A stretch of 64,000 bases of DNA. Origin: Candidatus Marinacidobacterales bacterium (lineage in GTDB: Bacteria > Acidobacteriota > Vicinamibacteria > Marinacidobacterales > SMYC01). Shown here piece after piece: positions 26,620 through 35,107 of the stretch. Location of the stretch: positions 2,016,001 through 2,080,000 of the forward strand of contig CBDCYI010000005.1 of NCBI GenBank assembly GCA_965224085.1. Direction: 5' to 3'. The notes below the pieces were generated by a model. The model had not been told where the DNA came from. It did not search any database and worked only from the letters and a program-made list of their open reading frames with translations. The translations under genes were made by a program, and so were the position numbers. Position 1 is the stretch's first letter. Each line of letters begins with the position of its first letter.

Positions 26620-27993
26620 TCATTCCCTGATTCCCTTTTCCGCCATGAGCTTTTCGATCTCATCCGGCTCGATGGGAGCATGGGCGGTGAGCCACTCGTG
26701 GCCGTCCTCCGTCACCACGATGACGTCCTCGAAACGAACGGCGAACTCGTCCGCCTGGACGTTCCACTCGATGACAAAGCACATGCCGGGCTCCCAGGGA
26801 ATGTCGTAGTCGCCCACATCGTGGATCTCCATGCCCACGAAGTGGCTGATTCCGAAGAGCACGGTGCGCTCGCCTAGCCCCGCCTCCGCCATGAGCCGGT
26901 CCTTGAGCGCCTGGCTCTTCCGGAACGTACCTCCGGGCTTCACCGCCGCGATCGTCTCTTTCTGGATCCGGGTGACGATCTCGGCGATACGGCGCTGCTC
27001 GCGCGTGTACTTGCCGCTCACCGGAATCGTGCGCCCGAAGTCCGAGGTGTAGTGCTTGTACTCGGCGCCGATGTCGTAGCTGATCATGTCGCCGTCCTTG
27101 ACCGGCCAGGACCCGAGACGCGGCGTGAGGCCGATCGGCCACTCGCGCTCGCCCCGTGGCCTCGGCGGTCCGGTAATTCTCACGTTGGTACGGAACGACG
27201 GGGCGGCGTGCTCGTAGGCGAAGACGAAGTTCACGATGGCGCCGATCTGCTGTGTCGTCAACCCGGCGCGGACCGCCCTGGCAGATTCCTTATACGCCTC
27301 GACCGTGATGTCCGAGGCTTTGCGCAAGAGCTCGATGTCCTTCTCGTCGTGGATCATCCGGAGTCGGTTCAGGATGTCGCTGGCGTCCTTCATCTGGACC
27401 TCGGGCGAGAAGTAGCGGATGCGATTCGCCACGTCCAGCCGCTCCGGTGGCGTGGTCGACAGGTTCAAGAAGCGCTGGTAGTTGAAATAGACGATCTTCT
27501 CCGTCCCCAGCGCCCGGGAGAGGTCGGTGGCCAGGGGCTTGCTGCCACGCTGCCAGGTTCGCAGCAGAGAGTAGTCGCTCATCGCATCCGACAGGTGCTC
27601 CAGAAAGAGCTGGTAGGGATAAACGTACTCGATCCCCGTCTTGTTCCGGACGGTTTCCGGATCCCCCGACGTGTAGAGGATCTCCCGGTAGGTTTCCGCG
27701 CCCGGGGCCATCACCAGGGCCGACTCCCAGGTGTCGGCTCCATCGAGCCCGGTCAGGTAAATGAAGTCGTGGAGATCGGAGTGGGGTACGAAGAACTCGT
27801 AGATGAAGTCCTGGTCCTTCTTGGACGCCATGATGACGGCGATACCGCCTTCCATCGCGCTTTGGAACCTCGCGCGGCGCGCGCGGTGATGCTCGACGTC
27901 TATCGGCTCTTCCTCGCGCTGAGACCAACCCAACGGGGCCTGCAAAAGAGCGAAGCACAACACGAAACGAAAGATCCGGGTCGCTCTCGTCAT
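26620..27993 (-). CDS. M24B aminopeptidase P-like peptidase, secreted
   Basis: RBS AAGGAG; signal peptide; DFIYLTG, YDIGAE..YTSDFGRTIPVSG, SHFVGMEIHDVG, RFED. Confidence 0.85.
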   Translation of the reverse strand: MTRATRIFRFVLCFALLQAPLGWSQREEEPIDVEHHRARRARFQSAMEGGIAVIMASKKDQDFIYEFFVPHSDLHDFIYLTGLDGADTWESALVMAPGAETYREILYTSGDPETVRNKTGIEYVYPYQLFLEHLSDAMSDYSLLRTWQRGSKPLATDLSRALGTEKIVYFNYQRFLNLSTTPPERLDVANRIRYFSPEVQMKDASDILNRLRMIHDEKDIELLRKASDITVEAYKESARAVRAGLTTQQIGAIVNFVFAYEHAAPSFRTNVRITGPPRPRGEREWPIGLTPRLGSWPVKDGDMISYDIGAEYKHYTSDFGRTIPVSGKYTREQRRIAEIVTRIQKETIAAVKPGGTFRKSQALKDRLMAEAGLGERTVLFGISHFVGMEIHDVGDYDIPWEPGMCFVIEWNVQADEFAVRFEDVIVVTEDGHEWLTAHAPIEPDEIEKLMAEKGIRE

Positions 27994-28012
27994 ACGAAAC
28001 TCCTTGTCGAAC

Positions 28013-28120
28013 TTACAGAGGCATTGGAATCCGACGATACGGCGTCCATCGAACGCCGGCACCATCCCGTTGTTCGCGGAGCACGGCGAGGACAACGAGC
28101 GACTTGCGGCGAGACCTCAT
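28013..28120 (-). pseudogene. 35-aa ORF, probable internally deleted gene remnant
   Basis: AGGAGG RBS then MRSRRKSLVVLAVLREQRDGAGVRWTPYRRIPMPL*; starts like a signal peptide that is cut short. Confidence 0.35.
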
Positions 28121-28218
28121 GGCCACCTCCTGGGCAAAGCGAGCAACATAGCAGAGCAAACAGAATCCGACCGTGCCCGCTCCAAGCGGAGGGATTCTAC
28201 CGCCGGGTCAATAAAATC

Positions 28219-29118
28219 TCAAGCCGGGGAAGATGCGCGCGGCGTGAGACCGCAGATGTCGGCGACACGCTCCATGACATGCCGGAGAATCCGGAGATCG
28301 GGGTCATCCTCCTTGATGGGAGTATCCATGACGAGGTGATCGATACCCAGTTCCACGTGCCGGGCGTGGGTCTCGGCGTTGATCGGGTAGGTGTTTCCCG
28401 GACGCGCGATGACGGGAAGCGAGTCGTAGTCTCGACCGATTTGCTCGCAAAAGCCCTTTAGCTTGCCGAGTCCCTTCTTCAGCTGCTCCAGCGTAATCTG
28501 GGTCGGGTGCCAACCGTCTCCCACCCGGGCCACCCTTCGGAGCGTCGCGTCGCTGTGCCCGCCCCAGAAGACCGGAATCGTCGGCTGGACGGGTCGCGGA
28601 TACATTTTGAATCCGGACACCTGCCAGAATTCGCCCTGGAAGTCGACCGTTTCGCCGCTCCAGCACTGGCGCATGAGCTCGATCATCTCGGCGGCGCGCT
28701 TTCCTCTCCGGGAAAACGGCACATCGATCAGGTCGAACTCCTCTTCCATCCATCCCGCTCCCACTCCGAGGATGAAACGGCCACCGGTAAGGTAGTCCAG
28801 AGTGGAGAGCTGCTTCGCGAGAAGGAGGGGATTCCTGAGTGGAATCACCGCCACGGAGGTGCCGACTTTCAGGTTGGGGCAGCTCGCAGCGGCCCAGCAC
28901 AGCGACAACAGAGGGTCGAGCCAGGCGGTTTCCGGCGGGTAGTCCCACCGACCGTGCGAACGGTAGGGGTAGTAGGCCTCCACGGTTTCCGAGAGCGCCA
29001 CATGATCGGTCACCCAGACCGAGTGGTAACCCAACTCCTCCGCCCAGTGGGCGACCTTCGTCATGTTCTCCGGACTGGCCTTCGATCCCGCGTTAGGGAT
29101 GATGACTCCCGCCTCCAT
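28219..29118 (-). CDS. LLM-class (luciferase-like) oxidoreductase, Rv2161c-like, probably F420-dependent
   Basis: AEELGYHSVWVTDHV, LDPL, LLAKQLSTLDYLTGGRFILGVGAGW, RVARVGDGW. Confidence 0.85.
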   Translation of the reverse strand: MEAGVIIPNAGSKASPENMTKVAHWAEELGYHSVWVTDHVALSETVEAYYPYRSHGRWDYPPETAWLDPLLSLCWAAASCPNLKVGTSVAVIPLRNPLLLAKQLSTLDYLTGGRFILGVGAGWMEEEFDLIDVPFSRRGKRAAEMIELMRQCWSGETVDFQGEFWQVSGFKMYPRPVQPTIPVFWGGHSDATLRRVARVGDGWHPTQITLEQLKKGLGKLKGFCEQIGRDYDSLPVIARPGNTYPINAETHARHVELGIDHLVMDTPIKEDDPDLRILRHVMERVADICGLTPRASSPA

Positions 29119-29238
29119 GGGGCCTCCTTTGCGACTCGTAGGTCAAACCGCCGGATGATAGCATAGCTCCGGAGCCTCTTCCGGTAACGCGCGTCCTGGA
29201 TTCCACTGAGGCGATCGCGGCATAATTAGGAGGTGCTC

Positions 29239-31338
29239 ATGAAGGAACGAGCGCGTCGAACCGCGTGGGCTCTGGTGCTTTGCCTGGCGTCGGCCACGAT
29301 CGCGGCTGGCCAGGAGAAGCTCCTCGAACGCCTGTCGGAGGAGCACCGTCTCTGGCTCGAACAGGATGTCCGCTACATCATTACCGATCGAGAGAGAGAC
29401 GTTTTTCTTTCTCTCGAAACGTTGGAAGAGCGGGATCGCTTCATCGAGGCCTTTTGGCGAAGGCGTGATCCGTCGGCCGCCACGCCCGCGAACGAGTTCA
29501 AGGAAGAGCACTACCGGCGCATCGAGCACGCCAACAAGATTCTGGGGCGCGGGACACACCTGGAAGGATGGCGGACGGATCGCGGTCGCTACTACATCAT
29601 ACTGGGGGAGCCGCGGAGCATCGAGCGGTTCGGTGGCCACCCCGACGTCTACGACTCCGAGCTCTGGATGTACGACGGTGATACCCGCAGGGGCCTTCCC
29701 CCTTTTTTCTATCTTCTGTTCTTCCAGAAGGCCGATGTCGGCGAGCTGAGGCTCTACCATCCCGTGCTCGATACCCCGGAAGGGCTGCTCCGGGGCACGA
29801 CCCACCTGCCGGGCGCGGCCAATGTTGGCGCTCTGGAGACCCTGGAGAACATGTCGACGGAGCTCGCCCACGCCTCGCTCACGTATGACGCGAGCGAAGC
29901 GCCCGACTTAATTGGCGGCGAGCCCTCGCTGGGGGTCAACATCGTTCTCGCCCGAATCGAAGACTCTCCCAAGCGGCTCGTTCGCACGGACTGGGCGGCC
30001 GCCTGGCAGGTATACCGCAACCGGGTCGCTGCGGAGTACTCCTTCAACTATGTTCCCAATCGGCACGTCTTCGCCGTCATGGTCGGCCCGGAAGCAACGC
30101 CCTTCGTTCACTACAGCATCGAGCTCGACCCGGAAAGTTTCGGTCTCGAAGCGGACGACAACGGCAACAAGTTCTATACGACGCTGGACGTGACCTTCGA
30201 AGCGATGGATCCCGAAGGGAGGCTCGTTTTTTCCACCACGAACTCCGCCTACGTCGAGCTCACGCCCGAGCAGGTCCGTAGCGTGCAGAGGGCGCCCTTT
30301 GCCTACCAGGACGATGTGCCGGTCCTGCCCGGCCGCTACACGCTTTCGGTGATTCTGAGAAACCGCGCCATGACCAGCTATACGGTCGCCGAAGCCGAAG
30401 TGGAGGTCCCATCGTTCGAGCCCGGCCGTCCGGCGCTCGCCGACGTGATCTTGTATCACGGCGCCGAGATGGCTTTTGCGCAGTCCATCGACCCGCTGGA
30501 AATTCGGACCTTTCAGCTCGGAGGTCTTCGTCTCGAGCCCGCATCGGACCGTTTGTTTGCGGTTGGTGAAGCCATTAACGTTTTCACTCAGAGCTATGAG
30601 TCGCCACCGGGCTACCAGGTGACGTTCGAGCTCGTCGATGGGGAGCGCGTCTTCGACTCTGCCGTGACCGTGCTCTTCGAGTCGTCGGGCGGCGGGGTCA
30701 CCGCGGAGTTGACCACGTTGGGGATGGAGGGCGGGAACTATCAGGTCCGAGCGCGACTTCTCACGCCCGGTGGTGAGCTTTCGGCGGAGCGATCGGTACC
30801 GATCGTGCTGTCTCCACGGACGGCGGTCCCCCGCCCGGGATTCGTTTTTCGAAGAGCATTCGATACGAGAATCCCGGGACTGCTCTCGCTCACAATGGCC
30901 GACCAGTTATCGAATGTGGGTCGGCACGACGAGGCTCGAGCCGAGTACGAGAAGGTTGTCGCCGCGGAGAATCCGGATCTCGCTCAGGCTCGCTGGAAGC
31001 TCGCCATGGCTTACCTCAGGACTCAGGATGGGGCGCGAGCCCTCTCCCTCCTCGCGCCGCTCGAGCAATCCCACGCTTCGCGTTTCGAAGTCGTTGCCGG
31101 GCTCGGCTTCGCGCATTACTTCCAGAGAGATTTTCAGAGGGCGAGCGAGTATCTGGCGAAGGCGATGACGATCCGTCCTCCGGATGCCAGTCTCTTGAAC
31201 ATCGCGGCCGACTGCCACGAGCGCCTGGGGAACCCGGACAAGGCCAAGGCCTATTTCCGGCGCTCGCTCGAGCTGAACCCCAACCAGGAGGGCGTCAAGG
31301 CTCGCCTTGCCGAGCTGTCCAGCAACGAGTACTTCTAA
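29239..31338 (+). CDS. GWxTD domain protein with C-terminal TPRs
   Basis: WLEQDVRYII, FIEAFWRRRDP, GWRTDRGRYYIILGEP; RBS AGGAGG; TPR-like C-terminus. Confidence 0.88.
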   Translation: MKERARRTAWALVLCLASATIAAGQEKLLERLSEEHRLWLEQDVRYIITDRERDVFLSLETLEERDRFIEAFWRRRDPSAATPANEFKEEHYRRIEHANKILGRGTHLEGWRTDRGRYYIILGEPRSIERFGGHPDVYDSELWMYDGDTRRGLPPFFYLLFFQKADVGELRLYHPVLDTPEGLLRGTTHLPGAANVGALETLENMSTELAHASLTYDASEAPDLIGGEPSLGVNIVLARIEDSPKRLVRTDWAAAWQVYRNRVAAEYSFNYVPNRHVFAVMVGPEATPFVHYSIELDPESFGLEADDNGNKFYTTLDVTFEAMDPEGRLVFSTTNSAYVELTPEQVRSVQRAPFAYQDDVPVLPGRYTLSVILRNRAMTSYTVAEAEVEVPSFEPGRPALADVILYHGAEMAFAQSIDPLEIRTFQLGGLRLEPASDRLFAVGEAINVFTQSYESPPGYQVTFELVDGERVFDSAVTVLFESSGGGVTAELTTLGMEGGNYQVRARLLTPGGELSAERSVPIVLSPRTAVPRPGFVFRRAFDTRIPGLLSLTMADQLSNVGRHDEARAEYEKVVAAENPDLAQARWKLAMAYLRTQDGARALSLLAPLEQSHASRFEVVAGLGFAHYFQRDFQRASEYLAKAMTIRPPDASLLNIAADCHERLGNPDKAKAYFRRSLELNPNQEGVKARLAELSSNEYF

Positions 31339-31488
31339 TAGCCTCTATCGGGGTCGACAAGGTTCAACAGAGGTTGTCCCTCCTGCCACCGTTTTTCCGC
31401 CGGGATTGAGGTTCAGCTGGATTTCCCGCTCAATTGCACCCTAACCTAATGATGGATTTCGCCTTCACTCTGAGTATTTACACTACGG

Positions 31489-31527
31489 GATATCGACAAC
31501 GACGGTTATCTCGACGTCTATGTAGGG
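31489..31527 (+). pseudogene. Orphan FG-GAP repeat fragment
   Basis: Translates to DIDNDGYLDVYVG; in-frame stop shortly upstream; abuts the stop of the convergent CRTAC1-like gene. Confidence 0.45.
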
Positions 31528-31528
31528 C

Positions 31529-33202
31529 TCACGGAACGACCCCCAACCCTTCTACCGCGATGAGACGCCGGCCAGCCGCTGCGGGACCGAGCTTCTCCAC
31601 CTCTCCCGAAGGCCATCGGATCACGATTCTCTCCGCGCTTTCGGCGGAAGCCAGGCCGAATAGCAGCGCCAGCGGCCCCTGCGAGAGATAGCTTGAGCCC
31701 GCTTTGATCTCTTTGAAGTACTTTTTTCCACCCGCTTCGATGGTCACCCGGGCTCCGACGGCGTCCCGGTTGGACCGACGCCCGACCAGACGGAGGCCAA
31801 TCCAGCGATTGCGGTTGCCTCCTTCGTTCCGCAAAAGCAGGGGTGCTTCACCGGACATGGTCACCAGGATGTCTTCGTCTCCGTCATCGTCGAAGTCGCC
31901 GGGAGCTGCTCCGCGGCCGACCATCTCTCGGCTGAATCCCGGTCCGGCTCGGTGGGAGATTTCCTCGAAGACCCCGTCCCCTCGGTTCTGGAATAGAAAG
32001 TTTCTTTCCCGATAAGTCGAAAGGCGATTAAAAAGATCGATGTTGTCCAGGATATGACCATTCGCCACGAAAATATCGAGAAGGCCGTCATTGTTGTAGT
32101 CGAAGAAGAACGTGCCAAAGCCAAGAAAGTTGATGGAAGGCTCGGCCAGCCCGGTACTATATGACCGATCGATGAACACTCCGCCGGGTTGCCCCTGGTA
32201 AAGAGCGTTGTACTCGAAGTCGAAGTTGGTAACGATAATATCTAACCAACCGTTCCCGTCATAGTCGCCGAAGTCGTTTCCCATGCCGGCTTGTGCTTGC
32301 CCGTCTTCACTGTAGCCGATCCCGGCGCTAAGGGTCACGTCGGTGAATCGTCCTTGTCCTTCGTTACGATAGAGAAAGTTGCGCATAGTGTCGTTGGCCA
32401 CGTGGAGATCGAGGTCGCCGTCGTTATCGTAGTCACCCCAGACGACACCCAAGCTCTTGCCTTCGTCCTTGACGTATACGCCCGCCGAGGCGGTGACCTC
32501 GGTGAAGGTACCGTCGCCTCTGTTCCGGTACAGCAGGTTCGGGACAGGATCGTAAATCACCGGATGACAGTAAGCGCGGAGGTTTCTCGCCCGGTCGCCA
32601 CAAAATTTGTGATTGCTCAGGCTGAAGTCCACGTAGCGGCATACGAAGAGGTCGACAAAGCCGTCGCCATCGAAATCCGCGAACGCCGCACTCGTGCTCC
32701 AGGCACCCGCCTCGACTCCCGCGTAGGCCGTGACATCGGAGAAGGTACCGTCGCCGTTATTCCGATAGAGAACGTTGGCGCCGAAATTCGTCACGTAGAT
32801 GTCGAGGTCCCCATCATTGTCGACGTCGGCGGCAGCCATTCCCATTCCAAAACCTGGCTCGCCCACGCCAGCCAAGGCGGTCACGTCTAAAAACGTGCCA
32901 TCGTCGTTGTTGCGGTAGAGCACATTGGTGGGCGGTTTCTGCAGAAGCTCCGAGCCTGGAAGCGGCGCTCCATTTAACAAGTAGATATCCAGGTCCCCGT
33001 CTCCGTCATAGTCGAAAAAGCCTCCTCCGGAGCCCATGGTCTCCACCATGTACTTTTCATCTGTGGCGCCTTTGTAATGGATAAAATCGATTCCGACCTG
33101 CTGGGTCACGTCGACGAAAACTACCCGCTCCGGGTTCAGGGAGAAAAACAGTACTACCGCCCCGAGGGGGATCAACGCTTGCCCCGCCCCGAGCGCAATC
33201 AA
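31529..33202 (-). CDS. CRTAC1/ASPIC-UnbV family FG-GAP repeat protein 1
   Basis: Multiple DYDGDGDLD-type repeats, ETMGSGG, SNRDAVGARV, GSSYLSQ, IRWPSG; TTG start overlapping the upstream TGA. Confidence 0.88.
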   Translation of the reverse strand: MIALGAGQALIPLGAVVLFFSLNPERVVFVDVTQQVGIDFIHYKGATDEKYMVETMGSGGGFFDYDGDGDLDIYLLNGAPLPGSELLQKPPTNVLYRNNDDGTFLDVTALAGVGEPGFGMGMAAADVDNDGDLDIYVTNFGANVLYRNNGDGTFSDVTAYAGVEAGAWSTSAAFADFDGDGFVDLFVCRYVDFSLSNHKFCGDRARNLRAYCHPVIYDPVPNLLYRNRGDGTFTEVTASAGVYVKDEGKSLGVVWGDYDNDGDLDLHVANDTMRNFLYRNEGQGRFTDVTLSAGIGYSEDGQAQAGMGNDFGDYDGNGWLDIIVTNFDFEYNALYQGQPGGVFIDRSYSTGLAEPSINFLGFGTFFFDYNNDGLLDIFVANGHILDNIDLFNRLSTYRERNFLFQNRGDGVFEEISHRAGPGFSREMVGRGAAPGDFDDDGDEDILVTMSGEAPLLLRNEGGNRNRWIGLRLVGRRSNRDAVGARVTIEAGGKKYFKEIKAGSSYLSQGPLALLFGLASAESAERIVIRWPSGEVEKLGPAAAGRRLIAVEGLGVVP

Positions 33203-34707
33203 CGCTTGCTCTCGCCCGCCGCCAGGAGAGCACGGTAATGTTCCATGGCTTCCTCGGCTTCGACGGTCTTCCCTAAAGCGCGGTAGGCCGCCGAGAGGTT
33301 GAGCTGGACTGAAGGGTTGGACGGCGAAAGCGACGCCTCCTTGAGAAAGCACCCGACCGCCTCGGCGTGGCGGCTTTCGTCGGCTGCCAGCACTCCGAGC
33401 AGCGACCATGCATCCGGTATCGCCGGATCGAGCTCGAGCGCGCGGCGAAGCTCGCTTTCGGCCTCCTCGCCTTTGCCTGTCCGCGCGGCAAAAAGCCCGG
33501 CGAGGAAATGGTACTCGCCGACCGTCGTCTCCTGATTAATAGCACGGGTTATATGCCTTTGAGCTTCATTCAAATTCCCGCTCGAATAGGCAATTTTTGC
33601 CAACGTGGCGTGAGCCTCGGCACTTTCCGGATCGAGCTCGAGAATCGACTCGAATTCTGCTCGAGCCTCTTGCACTTTGCCTTGTTCGAGCAGCTCACGC
33701 GCCGTTGTCGCGGATGCCATGATCCGGGCACGGCGCCGATCGGACTCCTGCGCATCCTTCTCAAGGCTGCGAAAACGCCGCTGGGCCTCTCCTGCTTCTA
33801 CCGCTCGCCCGAGGCGCCGGTAGATGTCGGCAAGAGCGAAATGTACTTGCGGCGAGCTCGGGTGATCGTTGGCAACTTGCTGGAGCTCCGCCAGACTTTC
33901 TTCAAGATGCCCTTGCCTTGCCAGGATACGACCCAAGAGGAGCCGTGCCGGCTCATGCTGCGAGTCGACCTCGAGCGCTTTGCGCAAATATCTCACCGCC
34001 TCTCCACGCTCTTCCGAGTTACGGCTTAGCCCTTCGCCAATGCGAAAGAAGAGATCGGGGGGGACGTTTCTTACAGTGAGGCCCGCTTTCCAAACGGTGA
34101 TGGCCTCTTCGTACCGCTTGGCCCCGGCGAGCTGCTCCCCCAGGAGCAAACGCGCGTCCAGGTCTTCGGGTCGAAGCTCGATATAGTGCTTCAGTGTTGA
34201 CGTGGCTTTATCGGTGGCGCCCTGTGCCTGCTCCACCGCCGCCAGAATCTCGAGCGCCTCGGGTAGAGGAGGAGGGCCCGCCGCTTTCTCTAGAATCGCC
34301 GCCGCCTCTTCCAACCGGCTGGCCCAATAAAGCGACTCACCCAGGGCGAGAAGAATCTCCTGCTCCTCGGGCGCCAGGTTGGCCGCTTTGCGAAAAGCCT
34401 CGAGGGCCTCGGTCGAAAGCCCTAGTTTTTCCAGAATCATTCCTATGTTGTAGTGAACGTAGGCGTTTTCAGGAGCCAGAAAAGCCGCGGAGCGAAATAC
34501 CTGGAGAGCCTCGAGGTCTTTTCCTTGGTTGAAAAGCTCGACGCCCCGGCGGAAGGGCTCGTCGATCTGCACCTGCGGCTCGGTAAACCCGGTCGCCGCG
34601 ACCCACGCTATCGCCGCGACGGACACGGCGCTTCGCGCACGCCGGCCCCAGGAGCAACGACTCCTTTCAACGATCTGATTTCCATTTCGGCACTCTTTTT
34701 CACACAA
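33199..34707 (-). CDS. Tetratricopeptide-repeat protein
   Basis: Serial TPR helices (AYVHYNIG, ARLLLG, AHATLA, AWSLLG); RBS AAGGAGG. Confidence 0.85.
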   Translation of the reverse strand: MCEKECRNGNQIVERSRCSWGRRARSAVSVAAIAWVAATGFTEPQVQIDEPFRRGVELFNQGKDLEALQVFRSAAFLAPENAYVHYNIGMILEKLGLSTEALEAFRKAANLAPEEQEILLALGESLYWASRLEEAAAILEKAAGPPPLPEALEILAAVEQAQGATDKATSTLKHYIELRPEDLDARLLLGEQLAGAKRYEEAITVWKAGLTVRNVPPDLFFRIGEGLSRNSEERGEAVRYLRKALEVDSQHEPARLLLGRILARQGHLEESLAELQQVANDHPSSPQVHFALADIYRRLGRAVEAGEAQRRFRSLEKDAQESDRRRARIMASATTARELLEQGKVQEARAEFESILELDPESAEAHATLAKIAYSSGNLNEAQRHITRAINQETTVGEYHFLAGLFAARTGKGEEAESELRRALELDPAIPDAWSLLGVLAADESRHAEAVGCFLKEASLSPSNPSVQLNLSAAYRALGKTVEAEEAMEHYRALLAAGESKR

Positions 34708-34920
34708 AGACGGACCTCCTTATCCGCCGGGCGTCCGGCCGCTCTTGAAGCGATCGGGAGCTCGAGCGAAACGGATCAGTGCGTGAGCTTCTCCATTGCG
34801 CGGTCCAAAGTAGCAAACGGCTCGTGCCGGGATCAACTTAAGCTCTTTCTACCGTGCAGTCAAAGCATCATTGTATCGAACCGGCGCCGGCGGTTGGTCA
34901 GGCCGTGGTTGGGACGCCGC

Positions 34921-34955
34921 GTTGTTCTTGACAACGATGGGGGCGATGGTATAAA
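34921..34955 (+). promoter_or_regulatory. Sigma70 promoter upstream of TBDR2
   Basis: TTGACA-N16-TATAAA with extended TG; related copy upstream of TBDR4. Confidence 0.65.
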
Positions 34956-35107
34956 CAGAGCAAGTTGCAGACTACTCGCGCAATTACGAGGGCTTACCCA
35001 TACGTTAATTTCTGGCCGCGGGAGGGTGCTGAGGCTTTTTACAAGCGCCGAACTTTCGATCGCGGAGACGGTATCCAGGTTTTCCCGTCAGATTGAAGGA
35101 GAGACAG

